DNA from: Candidatus Altiarchaeales archaeon
GTDB taxonomy: Archaea > Altiarchaeota > Altiarchaeia > IMC4 > SCGC-AAA252-I15
Direction: 5' to 3'
Length of the DNA: 64,000 nucleotides
NCBI GenBank assembly: GCA_014727915.1
Contig: WJMO01000004.1
Coordinates: 38,309 to 102,308, forward strand
The position numbers were made by a program, and so were the translations under genes. The notes beneath the pieces are model-generated. The model saw only the letters and a program-made list of their open reading frames with translations. It had not been told where the DNA came from and made no database searches. Position 1 is the first letter of the stretch; each line of letters opens with the position of its first letter. This document shows, one piece after another, positions 10,194 through 20,647 of this stretch.

Positions 10194-10976
10194 ATGGCGA
10201 GAAAATCAGGCGGTAAACCGAAGCTGACCATCATGATGCCTGTCCGTAACGAGGGCGTCAACATTGAGATAATGCTAAAGATACTGAACGCAGTCATCGA
10301 AGTACCTCATGAGATACTGATAGTCCACGATGACATGGGGGATGACAGCATACCTGTCGTGAAACGTTTGAAGCCTGAATTCCCACATGTTAGGCTGGTT
10401 CATAACACTCTTGGCCGGGGCGTTGCCAATGCCATACTCGCAGGTGTCAAGGCCGCGGAGGGGGAGTACATACTCATATTCTGCGTTGACGACGTGGGTC
10501 CTGTGCTGGCCATCGAGGACATGATGGTGCTGATGGATGGCGGATGTGACCTTGTCAGCGCGACTAGATACGCTCACGGGGGCAGGAGGCTTGGCGGTTC
10601 TATTGTGGGGCAAGTACTCTCACGTGTTGGTAACCGGATGTTCATGCTCCTGTCGGGCTCGGTGCTTTCCGACTCGACCACGGGCATAAAGATGATGAGA
10701 CGGGACATATTTGACAGGCTGAACTTGGAGGCCAAGCCTGTAGGTTGGGCTGTCGTCTTCGAGCTCAGCATAAAGGCACAGGAGGCTGGGATGAAGCTCG
10801 GCGAGGTGCCGATAATATCCATCGACCGGCTATACGGTGGCTCATCCACCTTCAACGTTCTGCCCTGGTTCAGGGAGTATTTCCGCTGGTTCGTATGGGG
10901 CATGCGGCACCTTCATAACAACAAGGAGATGACGAAGGATGTTGAGGTTCGCAGGCCTTCGACTTGCATATGCTAA
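10194..10976 (+). CDS. GT2 polyprenol-phosphate glycosyltransferase (DPM/ArnC-like)
   Basis: PVRNE, ATRYAHGG, DSTTG, GEVPI motifs of DPM-synthase-like GT2. Confidence 0.8.
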   Translation: MARKSGGKPKLTIMMPVRNEGVNIEIMLKILNAVIEVPHEILIVHDDMGDDSIPVVKRLKPEFPHVRLVHNTLGRGVANAILAGVKAAEGEYILIFCVDDVGPVLAIEDMMVLMDGGCDLVSATRYAHGGRRLGGSIVGQVLSRVGNRMFMLLSGSVLSDSTTGIKMMRRDIFDRLNLEAKPVGWAVVFELSIKAQEAGMKLGEVPIISIDRLYGGSSTFNVLPWFREYFRWFVWGMRHLHNNKEMTKDVEVRRPSTCIC

Positions 10977-10991
10977 CCTAGGTGATAAGAG

Positions 10992-11969
10992 ATGAACATA
11001 CTTGTGACTGGAAGCGAGGGGTCGCTCGCCCAGATGCTGATACCCCACCTCTTGGGGGAGGGGCATGATGTGGTGGGCGTTGATAACTTCGCACGATACG
11101 GCGAGAAAGAGGGCAAGAGGGAATATGATTTCCATAAGGGGGATTTGACGCGGACTGATGTCGTTGAAGGTCTTTTCAGCGAATATGATTTTGACGTTGT
11201 ATTCCACAATGCCGCTCTAATATATGGTGTTGTCGGATTCCATAAGAAGCCTGCGGACATACTGGCAGATAACAACCTGATGACAATGTCACTCCTGAAA
11301 TATGGGAAGGACAAGGTCAGTAAGTTCATCTACATGTCTTCTTCGATGGTTTATGAGATGTGCAGGACGGTTCCACACAGGGAGGAGGACGCTGACAAGT
11401 CCGCTGTGATGTCCACCGCATATGGGTTGTCAAAGTATATTGGCGAGCGTGTGGTGAGGTCATTCCATGATCAGTTCGGCACAAAGTATACGATATGGAG
11501 GCCGTTCAACATCATAACCCCGTTTGAGACTCCGGAGGAGAGCGGTTTCAGCCATGTGTTCTCTGATATGGTCCGGAAGATAATCGGCGAGAGGCAGAAT
11601 CCCCTGGAAATATTCGGGGACGGGAATCAGATACGCTGCTTCACGAACATAAACGACGTCGCCGACGCGATAATCAGCTACTCTCTCGACTCTCGCTCCG
11701 ACAACGAGGCCTTCAACATCGGCAACCCCGAGCCTCTTAAGATAAGGGAGCTTGTGGAACTGATAGTGGACCTAGGAAAGGAGAAGGGAGTCCTGCCGTC
11801 TGACTACGAGATCGAGTACAAGCATCTTGAGATATACTCTGACGATGTCAAGAAGAGGATACCCGATGTCAGCAAGATGGAGAGGGTGTTCGGGTGGAAG
11901 GCCAAGGTCAAGGCGAGGGAGTCGCTCAGCCAGTACATCGACTACTACGCGGAGAACATGATGAAATAG
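10992..11969 (+). CDS. NAD-dependent epimerase/dehydratase (UDP-GlcA decarboxylase-like)
   Basis: TGSEG Rossmann, SSSMVY, YGLSK, RPFN, RCFT. Confidence 0.85.
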   Translation: MNILVTGSEGSLAQMLIPHLLGEGHDVVGVDNFARYGEKEGKREYDFHKGDLTRTDVVEGLFSEYDFDVVFHNAALIYGVVGFHKKPADILADNNLMTMSLLKYGKDKVSKFIYMSSSMVYEMCRTVPHREEDADKSAVMSTAYGLSKYIGERVVRSFHDQFGTKYTIWRPFNIITPFETPEESGFSHVFSDMVRKIIGERQNPLEIFGDGNQIRCFTNINDVADAIISYSLDSRSDNEAFNIGNPEPLKIRELVELIVDLGKEKGVLPSDYEIEYKHLEIYSDDVKKRIPDVSKMERVFGWKAKVKARESLSQYIDYYAENMMK

Positions 11970-11975
11970 GGTGCT

Positions 11976-13715
11976 CTATTTTGTCCTGTACACACTGTAG
12001 TCCCCGTTCTGGTGTGCTAGCATGTAGTTCTCTTCAACCCATCCTTTGTCGATGTCCCGGAGCTTCAGGTCTCCTGGGCCTATCACAAGATAGTCTATCT
12101 CATGCTCTGCTATGGCATCTTCTATGATCTCCCTTGGCTCGTATGGCGTGATGTAACCCTCTCTCCCTGTGTGGTATGTTATCCATAATGCATCCAATGA
12201 CATTATCCTTTCGTCTTGGCTGGTGTTCTCCCTCAACCATCCCATCACTTCAGCGTCGGGTCCGTGGCTTCCCCTGGCGGAGAAGAGTATGATGTCGTTC
12301 AAGACCACCGAAGCAACCAACAGGGACATCAGCATTTTTTTATCTTTTCTCTTTTCCACCCACATCACACCCAGTAGGGTGTAAAGCGGGGTTAGCGCGT
12401 GCAGTGTGCTGACGCTGACGCTCCGCGACGTAGGATATCCTAGTGTGAGCGGCCCGGTCAGGCTCACGAACACTATCACCACCACGAACGGGTGTAACCC
12501 CCGTCTTGCGACTTCGACCAATCCCATCAAGCCCGCGATGAATACCAGCCATGACACGTTGCTGGGCACCAGCCCGGAGAGCATCCATACGAGGCCGTAG
12601 TCCAATGCCTTATGTGGCGGGGGGAAGTATCCTGTGATGACGTTCAAAGCCCGCACGCCCAACACCTTAGCCACGCCAACGGGTCCGCCACCCCACTGGC
12701 CGATGTACGAATTCAATGTCGGGGGCTCGAGTGTGTTGAATGATTCCGTCTTGTAGAGGAGTGGCAGGTACTTGGATGAGCTGTAGAATGGGCTGCCGAA
12801 GACCAGCTGGTTCCTGACGAACCAGGGTGAGATGATGAGAATGAACACCATGGCAGCCAAGGCCGTCCGCCTGTCAACCAATGCTTTCCGGTTGGTGTAG
12901 GCGTATATTCCCATGAAGGATATGAGGTAGAACATGGAGCTGAAGTGGGTTAGGTATGCCAGTCCCGCGGAGATCGAATAGTAAGGCCAGTATTCCCTGC
13001 CTTTGAGCATGAAATAGAAGGTGACGAGTGTCAGGTAGGCCACCATGGTCCTTGGTTCGGTGTCGAGGGAGCGGTGCATGAAGTAGGGGTTCAACGCCAT
13101 CAGTATCGCGCTCCAATATGCTACTCTGTCGTTGAAGAGCCTTTTGCCAAGCAAGTATGTTGGCAATACTATGGCGGCTCCGAAGAGGGAGCTTATCCAC
13201 TGTCCGGCCTGGAAGCTGACCCCAGACAAGGTATATGTTGCTGCGAGAATTATATGGTATAATGGCGGCCTATAGGTCAGGGGGCTTGGTATTGTATCCC
13301 CTGCCCAGTAGTTGTCCACGAACGGTTTAGTGAACCAATTGCCTGTCTGGAGGCTCTGGGATGCTAGGAAGTGAAATATGCTGTCGGTGGTGGTCGGGCC
13401 GGTTTGCATGTATGTCAAACCCAACTTTATCACAAGTGAAAGTACAAATAGCAGAACCAACCTCTTGTCCACTGAGAATCCTACTCTTCCCCTGAACATG
13501 AGGGCTACGGCCAGTGCCGCGAACATCAACGGCATGAAGACTATGTTCTCAAGGCCCCTCCCATAGAATGGTATGCTGGAAACCCCCAGTATTAGCGTGG
13601 ATGCGGTTAGGCTGCACGCCAGCCGCTCCTCGCTGTCAAGCCTCTCGTCCACGTGCAGGATAAGATAGCCGGCTGTGATCATGAAGACCATCATGCACAG
13701 GCTCAACAACATCAT
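11976..13715 (-). CDS. GT-C membrane glycosyltransferase (ArnT/PMT-like, family 39/83)
   Basis: Many TM helices, RPPLY motif, PWFVRN. Confidence 0.75.
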   Translation of the reverse strand: MMLLSLCMMVFMITAGYLILHVDERLDSEERLACSLTASTLILGVSSIPFYGRGLENIVFMPLMFAALAVALMFRGRVGFSVDKRLVLLFVLSLVIKLGLTYMQTGPTTTDSIFHFLASQSLQTGNWFTKPFVDNYWAGDTIPSPLTYRPPLYHIILAATYTLSGVSFQAGQWISSLFGAAIVLPTYLLGKRLFNDRVAYWSAILMALNPYFMHRSLDTEPRTMVAYLTLVTFYFMLKGREYWPYYSISAGLAYLTHFSSMFYLISFMGIYAYTNRKALVDRRTALAAMVFILIISPWFVRNQLVFGSPFYSSSKYLPLLYKTESFNTLEPPTLNSYIGQWGGGPVGVAKVLGVRALNVITGYFPPPHKALDYGLVWMLSGLVPSNVSWLVFIAGLMGLVEVARRGLHPFVVVIVFVSLTGPLTLGYPTSRSVSVSTLHALTPLYTLLGVMWVEKRKDKKMLMSLLVASVVLNDIILFSARGSHGPDAEVMGWLRENTSQDERIMSLDALWITYHTGREGYITPYEPREIIEDAIAEHEIDYLVIGPGDLKLRDIDKGWVEENYMLAHQNGDYSVYRTK

Positions 13716-13758
13716 ATGACCTCCGGCTTCCGCCTGTTTATACTTTGAGTAATGGCAG

Positions 13759-14457
13759 TTATATTAACCTTAGTTTGAACAGGCTCAGGAACCTCAGCGA
13801 CATCTTCAACGTGCTGAACTTGGCCTTACCTGCCCTGCGGTTGTGGTATGTTGTCGGGACTTCACCGAGTTTTAACCCTTTCATGTGGGCTTTGATCGCG
13901 AACTCCGGGCTTATGGCGAAGTCCTCCGACTCCAGCTCAACGTCATCCAATATCTCCCTCTTGAATCCTCTGAAGGCGTTTGTTATGTCATGCACTGGTA
14001 TTCCGAATATGGCCCTAGCAAGTTTTGTGTATGTTGACCCGTATATTGCCTTTTCCAACTTGAGGTCTCCCCTCGACCCTCCTTCCATGTACCTTGAGGC
14101 GATGACCATGTCATACCCTGATTCGAGCTCTCTTAATATCTCAGGTATCATATCCGGCTCGTCCGACCTGTCTCCCATGAACCAGATCACATACCTCCCC
14201 CTTGCAGCTGCATAACCCTCTTTCAGGGCATTTCCCATTCCGTTATCCCCTCTGCTGCGGTGTATCGAGGTGATTCTCCCGTTTTTCCCTGCAAGTCCGT
14301 CGCATAACTCCCCGGTTCCGTCGCTGCTGTGGTCGTCCACGAGTATGATCTCATAGTCTATCCCCCCTAGCACTTTAGCCAGTTCATCCGTCAGCGGTTC
14401 CAGATTTTCTTCCTCGTTGTTTGCGGGAACTATGATGCTGCACTCGACCGAATCCAT
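13759..14457 (-). CDS. GT2 dolichol-phosphate glycosyltransferase-like
   Basis: SIIVPANNE, VDDHSSDGT, ASRYMEGG; start placed at MDSVEC. Confidence 0.85.
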   Translation of the reverse strand: MDSVECSIIVPANNEEENLEPLTDELAKVLGGIDYEIILVDDHSSDGTGELCDGLAGKNGRITSIHRSRGDNGMGNALKEGYAAARGRYVIWFMGDRSDEPDMIPEILRELESGYDMVIASRYMEGGSRGDLKLEKAIYGSTYTKLARAIFGIPVHDITNAFRGFKREILDDVELESEDFAISPEFAIKAHMKGLKLGEVPTTYHNRRAGKAKFSTLKMSLRFLSLFKLRLI

Positions 14458-14566
14458 GTTTGCCGTCCGATATAGGGTAATAACTATCCTATGCGGGAGT
14501 AATAAATCAGGTTTCAAACGATCCTAACCGATTTATTAATTAAATAATCATTACCTAGGTTCTACT

Positions 14567-15340
14567 ATGAAGGTCGTGATCCTCTGCGGCGGATTCGGGA
14601 CGAGGCTCCGCGAGCAGACCGAGTTCATGCCCAAGCCCATGGTCAGCGTCGGCGGAAAGCCCATACTTTGGCATATAATGAAGATATACTATCATCAGGG
14701 CTTCACGGAGTTCATACTGCCCCTGGGATACAAGGGTGAGATAATAAAGGAGTACTTCGTCCACTACAGGTGGATGAGCCAGGACTTCACCCTCGAGTAC
14801 ACCGAAGAGAACCGTATCGAGTTCCACGACGAGAGGAACCTAGAGAACTGGAAGATACACTTTGTGGACACGGGGGTCAGGACATTGACGGGTAAGAGGG
14901 TGAACCTGATAAAGCATCTACTGGAGGAAGACGACTGCTTCATGCTGACCTACGGTGATGGTGTGGCTGACATAGACCTGAAGGAGCTTCTCGAATACCA
15001 CAAGAAGATGGGATGCGCTGCTACTATAACCGGCTTCCGCCCGAAGCAGAGGTTCGGTATAGTCGGGGAGAAGGGAGGAAAGGTCACCAAGTTCAAGGAG
15101 AAGCCCGACATGACTGACTGGATAAACTGCGGATTCATGGTGTTCGAGAACCGGGCGCTCGAATACTTCACGGATGATGATGTCATGCTCGAAAAGGTCA
15201 CGCTCCCCGACATAGCAAGTGACGGGGAGCTCGCGATTTACACCCACAGGGGATGCTGGCATTACATGGACACACAACGGGACTACGAGAGGATAAACAA
15301 AATCTGGGAGGAAGACCCTCAATGGAAGATATGGGACTGA
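14567..15340 (+). CDS. rfbF: Glucose-1-phosphate cytidylyltransferase
   Basis: ILCGGFGTRLREQTEFMPKPM, TYGDGVADID. Confidence 0.9.
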   Translation: MKVVILCGGFGTRLREQTEFMPKPMVSVGGKPILWHIMKIYYHQGFTEFILPLGYKGEIIKEYFVHYRWMSQDFTLEYTEENRIEFHDERNLENWKIHFVDTGVRTLTGKRVNLIKHLLEEDDCFMLTYGDGVADIDLKELLEYHKKMGCAATITGFRPKQRFGIVGEKGGKVTKFKEKPDMTDWINCGFMVFENRALEYFTDDDVMLEKVTLPDIASDGELAIYTHRGCWHYMDTQRDYERINKIWEEDPQWKIWD

Positions 15341-16392
15341 AGCGGTTCTTCAAGGGAAAGAAGGTTCTTTTAACAGGCCACACAGGATTCAAGGGGGCGT
15401 GGCTGAGCCTCTGGCTTGACATGATGGGAGCCAAGGTGACCGGTTTCTCGCTGAAAGATTACGTCAATGACGAGTTCTACGAGAGCCTCGGCCTGTCGGA
15501 GAGGATGAATGACCTTAGGGGGGACATACGGGACTATGGTTCGCTGAACGATGCTATCTCATCTGCGGAGCCGGAGTTGGTTTTTCATATGGCTGCCCAG
15601 TCCATCGTGAAGAAATCATATTCCGACCCTCTTTACACCATCGAGTCGAACGTCCTCGGCACGGCGAACGTCCTGGAGTCCATCCGGTCGAACGATTGCG
15701 TGAAGTCCTCGGTCATAGTCACCTCTGACAAGTGCTACCACAACAATGAATGGGTGTGGGGCTACCGTGAGAACGACCCCATGGGCGGCTTTGACACGTA
15801 CAGCGCGAGCAAGGGCTGCAAGGAGCTGCTAGTCGAATCCTACAGGAAGTCCTTCTTTGAGGGCCGAGGGACGCATGTGGCGTCCGCGAGAGCGGGTAAT
15901 GTCATAGGCGGCGGGGACTGGGCGCCCGACAGGCTGATACCCGACTGCATGCGAGCCCTCCTGAATAACGAGACGATAAAGGTCAGAAACCCGCATTCGA
16001 CAAGACCTTGGCAGCATGTCCTCGAGCCCCTCAGCGGATACCTAATGCTCGCCAAGATGATGTTCGAATCCGGAGAATATGCGGAATCCTGGAATTTCGG
16101 ACCTGATCTAGAGTCAATAAAGCCCGTCTGGGAGGTTGTGGATATGGTCTTGGATAGGTGGGGTAGTGGCGAGTGGACTGAGGCCGGCGGGGGTTCAGGA
16201 GAACATGAGGCGAAGTCTCTGAGCCTCGACATAAGCAAGGCTTGGTTCAAGCTGGGTTGGAGGCCCTGCCTTGATATGCCGGCTGCCATGGACCTGACAG
16301 TGGAATGGTACCGGAGGTATGGGGAAGAAGACGTCTACCAGCTTTCAACAGGCCAGATAAGGGAATATCTCAAGATAAGGGAAAACAGTTGA
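15331..16392 (+). CDS. rfbG: CDP-glucose 4,6-dehydratase
   Basis: TGHTGFKGAWL, TSDKCY, RAGNVIGGGDW, RPWQHVLEPL. Confidence 0.95.
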   Translation: MGLKRFFKGKKVLLTGHTGFKGAWLSLWLDMMGAKVTGFSLKDYVNDEFYESLGLSERMNDLRGDIRDYGSLNDAISSAEPELVFHMAAQSIVKKSYSDPLYTIESNVLGTANVLESIRSNDCVKSSVIVTSDKCYHNNEWVWGYRENDPMGGFDTYSASKGCKELLVESYRKSFFEGRGTHVASARAGNVIGGGDWAPDRLIPDCMRALLNNETIKVRNPHSTRPWQHVLEPLSGYLMLAKMMFESGEYAESWNFGPDLESIKPVWEVVDMVLDRWGSGEWTEAGGGSGEHEAKSLSLDISKAWFKLGWRPCLDMPAAMDLTVEWYRRYGEEDVYQLSTGQIREYLKIRENS

Positions 16393-16405
16393 AGGTATCT
16401 TACCG

Positions 16406-17926
16406 ATGGAAAATGGGCCTTTGAAAATCGAAAGCATCGTCTGGCAGATAGTTATCCTGTCGCTTTTCACCCGGCTATTGATAGCGCCGTTCTATGTGGA
16501 CCCGCCTTCCATACCCCATGACATGTGGGTCTACTTCGGCGGCGGCGAATGCGTGATAGAGCAGCTCACTTCCTCGAGCGACTGCCTGGAGACCATACAC
16601 CTACAGGAGACCTACGGAAACCTGTATGGGATTCTCTTCAACCTGATAGCAGCCGTCCCTGCAGCCCTCTTCCCCAGGAGCTATCTCGCGATGAAGATTC
16701 CCGGCATATTGTTCGACTGCGCGAGCATACCACTAGTATACCTGATCGCGGAAAGATTATATGGCAAGAGGAGGGCGGTCTATTCCTCCCTCGTCTACGG
16801 CTTCGGCTATATCCCATTCTACAGCTCATCCGTGCTTGGCAACGACGACAACATATTCGTCTTCTTCATACTTGCCTGCACCTACCTGCTGATAAGGGAG
16901 CGTTTTTTCCTTGCTGGCGTTTCGTTCTCCCTGGCCCTCGCATTGAAGATGATAGCAGGCATATTGCTGGTCCCGGTGGTATATTACATCCTTCGCAAGG
17001 GCGGAGCCAGGAAGCTCGTCGTCTTCGGCGCTTGCTCTTTGATGGTTTTCTCGGCCTTCTTTATACCGCACTATCTCATCGCTGGCGAGGCTGCCCTAGC
17101 CCCCTACATGTCACAGAGCCATCCGAACGTCAGCATATTCGGAGTGGGTTTCCTGAACATAGTGCGGCTCTCTTATGGTCTGCCCTATCACCTCATGCAC
17201 CCTGAGATGCCGAGGAGGTATGCCGACTCACAGCCCCTGTCACCGCTAAACTATCATGGAGACAACCAGTTCAGCGCCTTCTTACGGGCTTTTTCAGGTC
17301 CTTTCATGCTATTGGGCGTTCTGGCCACCATCGGTTACATGCTCAAGTATCGCTTGAGCCCGGGTAAGGGCATTGGGCTAGAGATGGTCCGGAACTCGTT
17401 CTTCTTCCTCTTCGTGCCCCTCATGTTCTCCAAGATAGTGGATCCCCTCTACTTCCAGTGGGCGCTCCCATATCTCATCATCCTTTTTGCGGGAGAGTCA
17501 GACTATGCCGGCGACCTGGCGTCTGTCCTGAAGAACAGGACTGCAGTCAACTCATACATCCTGGCCATCCTATCAGCCTTCGTCTTCTCGGCCATCTACA
17601 GGTGGAGCGACCAGCTGGACCCCCTCCAAAAGATTTTTCTCGCGGCAGGTATGCTGGGAGCTGCTTATTCGACATATATGATATCCTACTCGATGGGCAG
17701 AAGGGAAAGGGTGCTCCTCTCAGCCCTTACTTTCGTCTTTGCCATGGACCGGGTCCTGCACGCCAACATACTGGCCATGGCTTACCCGATGTTCTCGTTC
17801 ATCGCGGACAAGGGCACGTTCTTGTTGATGACCCGCTTCGGCTGGAATTACCTTAACGCTGTTCTCCTCCTTACGCTGTCGTTCCCTCTGGTGCTCGCGG
17901 CTCACAGGTCGGTCAAAAGGCGCTAG
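16406..17926 (+). CDS. GT-C membrane glycosyltransferase (GT87-like)
   Basis: Polytopic membrane protein, HD in first loop, GNDD, LALKM motif. Confidence 0.6.
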   Translation: MENGPLKIESIVWQIVILSLFTRLLIAPFYVDPPSIPHDMWVYFGGGECVIEQLTSSSDCLETIHLQETYGNLYGILFNLIAAVPAALFPRSYLAMKIPGILFDCASIPLVYLIAERLYGKRRAVYSSLVYGFGYIPFYSSSVLGNDDNIFVFFILACTYLLIRERFFLAGVSFSLALALKMIAGILLVPVVYYILRKGGARKLVVFGACSLMVFSAFFIPHYLIAGEAALAPYMSQSHPNVSIFGVGFLNIVRLSYGLPYHLMHPEMPRRYADSQPLSPLNYHGDNQFSAFLRAFSGPFMLLGVLATIGYMLKYRLSPGKGIGLEMVRNSFFFLFVPLMFSKIVDPLYFQWALPYLIILFAGESDYAGDLASVLKNRTAVNSYILAILSAFVFSAIYRWSDQLDPLQKIFLAAGMLGAAYSTYMISYSMGRRERVLLSALTFVFAMDRVLHANILAMAYPMFSFIADKGTFLLMTRFGWNYLNAVLLLTLSFPLVLAAHRSVKRR

Positions 17927-18843
17927 CGTCCAAGCGACTCGTTTATTCTCCCAGCTATGTAACCGGCGTCCAAGCCTATACTCCTGCGTATGTAGTCCTG
18001 TTTGCCGAGTGGTGTGACGTATTCGTCCGGGACTCCAAAGCGTGTGAGCGACGCGTTGCAACCTTCCCCGGATATCGCCTCGGCCAACGCGGATCCCAGG
18101 CCCCCTATGACGTTATGCTCCTCGACCGAGAATATTTGGTCGAACCTCGAACCCGCGTCAAGGACGTTTGCCGTGTCAAAGGGCTTTAGTGTGTGCATGC
18201 TCACGACCCCGCAGGAAAACCCCCTACCTGATAGTATTTCCCTTACCTCCATCGCGGTCTGGAGCATGTCCCCTGTGGAATAGAGTATGGTGTCATCGCC
18301 TTCCGCGACAACATTGGCCTTCCCAACCTTGAAATCGAGGTTCGCAGGGTTGATGGCAGGTTCGCCGCGCCTCGCTATCCTGATGTACACTGGCTGGTCG
18401 CTATCTTTCGTGGCGGTAACGGCCTTCTCGGTCTCTATTGGATCTCCTGGCGAGATTATCACAATGTTCGGGAGCGACCTTAGGATGCCTATGTCCTCGA
18501 TGGCGTGGTGTGTGACCCCCAGCGTCCCATAGCAGTATCCCGACCCGAGGCCTATCATCTTAACGCCAACCCCCTGGTAGCATAGGTCGTTACGCACCTG
18601 GTCGAGGCAGCGCAGGGTCAGGAACGGTATCTGGGTGTATACGTAAGCGTTCTTGCCCATGAGAGCCAGTCCCGTAGCGAATCCTATCATGTTCTGCTCT
18701 GCTATGCCTACGTTCAGGAACCGTTCCGGGAATTTCTCCTGGAACTTCTCCAGAACGCTGTATCCGAAGTCGGCTGTTATGAGGTGGATTCTGTCGTCCT
18801 CTTCTGCGAGACCGATCAGGCTGTCGATGAACGCGTCTCTCAT
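17923..18843 (-). CDS. Transketolase-like protein, C-terminal subunit
   Basis: NVGIAEQNM, GVTHHAIED, EEHNVIGGLG. Confidence 0.92.
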   Translation of the reverse strand: MRDAFIDSLIGLAEEDDRIHLITADFGYSVLEKFQEKFPERFLNVGIAEQNMIGFATGLALMGKNAYVYTQIPFLTLRCLDQVRNDLCYQGVGVKMIGLGSGYCYGTLGVTHHAIEDIGILRSLPNIVIISPGDPIETEKAVTATKDSDQPVYIRIARRGEPAINPANLDFKVGKANVVAEGDDTILYSTGDMLQTAMEVREILSGRGFSCGVVSMHTLKPFDTANVLDAGSRFDQIFSVEEHNVIGGLGSALAEAISGEGCNASLTRFGVPDEYVTPLGKQDYIRRSIGLDAGYIAGRINESLGR

Positions 18844-19679
18844 CCCAGCTCCTCCAGGGCTTTCTTGAGCTCCTGCTTGTCAGGGCACCTGTAATGCCAG
18901 CATAGCTGGCCTTCCATGTATGATATACCCGAGCCCTTCTCGGTGTTCGCGAATACAAGGGATGGTTTCCCCTTCTCGAATGGCAGGCTGTCGAACGCTT
19001 CGCACAGCTCTCCTATGTCATGTCCGTTCACCTCCCGTGCCGACCAACCAGCAGACCTCCACATCTCAACAAGCCGTTTCTGGGGGAAGACAGTCTCAGA
19101 TGACTCGTATGCTTGGAGCTTGTTGCTGTCCACTATTGCGACCAGGTTGTCGAGGCCAAGCCTGGATGATAGCATCGCCGCCTCCCACACCGATCCCTCG
19201 TTGCATTCTCCGTCGCCGAGTAGCACGTAGACCTGCAGTTCCTCTCCGTCCTTTCTCGCTGCATATGCCATCCCCGACCCGATCGAGAGCCCATGGCCAA
19301 GGGATCCCGTAGAGACCTCTACACCAGGCACCTTCCGGTTCACATGGCCTTCCAGCATGCTGCCGTTCTGGCAGTAGCTGTCAAGTTCCTTCTCCGGGAA
19401 GAAGCCTGCAAGCGACAGTGTCGCGTAAAGCGCCGAGGCCGCGTGTCCCTTGCTCATGATGAACCGGTCCCGCGACGGCTTAGAATCGTCGTCGGGGTCG
19501 AACTTCATCTTTCTGAAATATAGTGCCGAGAGGATATCCGCTACCGACAGTGCCGACCCTACATGGGAGGAACCTGAGCAGTGCACCATTCTGAGGACGT
19601 GACGGCGTATCTCCCTGGATTTAGCTGCGATACCTTCAAGGTCCGATTTACTGGGGCTTCCGTTCATAGTCCTCGACAT
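18840..19679 (-). CDS. Transketolase-like protein, N-terminal ThDP-binding subunit
   Basis: SKGHA, STGSLGHG, GDGECNEG ThDP motif. Confidence 0.92.
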   Translation of the reverse strand: MSRTMNGSPSKSDLEGIAAKSREIRRHVLRMVHCSGSSHVGSALSVADILSALYFRKMKFDPDDDSKPSRDRFIMSKGHAASALYATLSLAGFFPEKELDSYCQNGSMLEGHVNRKVPGVEVSTGSLGHGLSIGSGMAYAARKDGEELQVYVLLGDGECNEGSVWEAAMLSSRLGLDNLVAIVDSNKLQAYESSETVFPQKRLVEMWRSAGWSAREVNGHDIGELCEAFDSLPFEKGKPSLVFANTEKGSGISYMEGQLCWHYRCPDKQELKKALEELG

Positions 19680-20631
19680 ACCTCTTTATGAATTCTCTGT
19701 TGCTGCTGTTTATGACCTCGGTCACGATGTAGTTGGGCTTTGACTTGACCTCCTCGAAGATCCTTCCTATGTAACCGCCCAGGAATGACATGCATAGCAG
19801 CTGGATGCTGGATATGAAGAGGATTAGTATGATGATCGTTGTTATCCCATGTGGTATGCCTGGGAACACGAAATAGGATATTATCTGGAGCGGTATCGCA
19901 AGAAGCGTTATGAAGAACATGAGCAGGGATATGTGGGATATGAGCTCCAATGGCGCCTTTGAGAACGAGTAGATGGCCTTGTTCGCCCACTTGACGTTGT
20001 CTATGAAGCTGTTGGTGGTGTCGCCGTGTTTCCTGTCATCGCGGGTGTATGGAATGCCGGTATTCTTGAAACCCACCCATGCGCGGAGTCCCCTTATGAA
20101 CCTGTCTCGCTCGGGAAGGGCGTTGATGTGGTTAACCACCCTACGGTCCATGAGCGAGAAGTCTCCGGCGTCTACCGGCACTTCGATGTCCGCTATCCTG
20201 CGGAACACACGATAGAACGCCTTGTAGCAGATGCGCCTGAACAGGCTCCCCCTCCTCTTGGTCCGGACGCCGTATACTATGTCATATCCTTCCTGCCACG
20301 CTCTTATGAACTCGCCTATGACCTCCGGTGGATCCTGCAGGTCGCCGTCAAGGCATACCACCGCATCCCCTGTGGCGCATTGCATGCCTGCCGTGAATGC
20401 GGACTGTGACTGGTAGTTCCTTGAGAACCTGATGACGACCACGTGTCTGTCCTTCTTTGCAAGTCCCTTCAGAATCTCGTATGATCTGTCGAAGCTCCCG
20501 TTCTCCACGAAGATGATCTCATAGTCTTCGGCGTTCCCCTTCAGGGTCTCGGTCAGCCTCCTGTGCATCTCTCCGATGCTGTCCTCCTCGTTGTAGCAGG
20601 CTATCACAGCCGATATCTTCTTGTCCGGCAT
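19648..20631 (-). CDS. GT2 polyprenol-phosphate glycosyltransferase with two C-terminal TM helices (GtrB/ArnC-like)
   Basis: FSRNY, DGDLQDPPE, GDFSLMDR, RGLRAWVGF. Confidence 0.88.
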   Translation of the reverse strand: MPDKKISAVIACYNEEDSIGEMHRRLTETLKGNAEDYEIIFVENGSFDRSYEILKGLAKKDRHVVVIRFSRNYQSQSAFTAGMQCATGDAVVCLDGDLQDPPEVIGEFIRAWQEGYDIVYGVRTKRRGSLFRRICYKAFYRVFRRIADIEVPVDAGDFSLMDRRVVNHINALPERDRFIRGLRAWVGFKNTGIPYTRDDRKHGDTTNSFIDNVKWANKAIYSFSKAPLELISHISLLMFFITLLAIPLQIISYFVFPGIPHGITTIIILILFISSIQLLCMSFLGGYIGRIFEEVKSKPNYIVTEVINSSNREFIKRYVEDYERKPQ

Positions 20632-20647
20632 TTTTGGTATAGATAAT

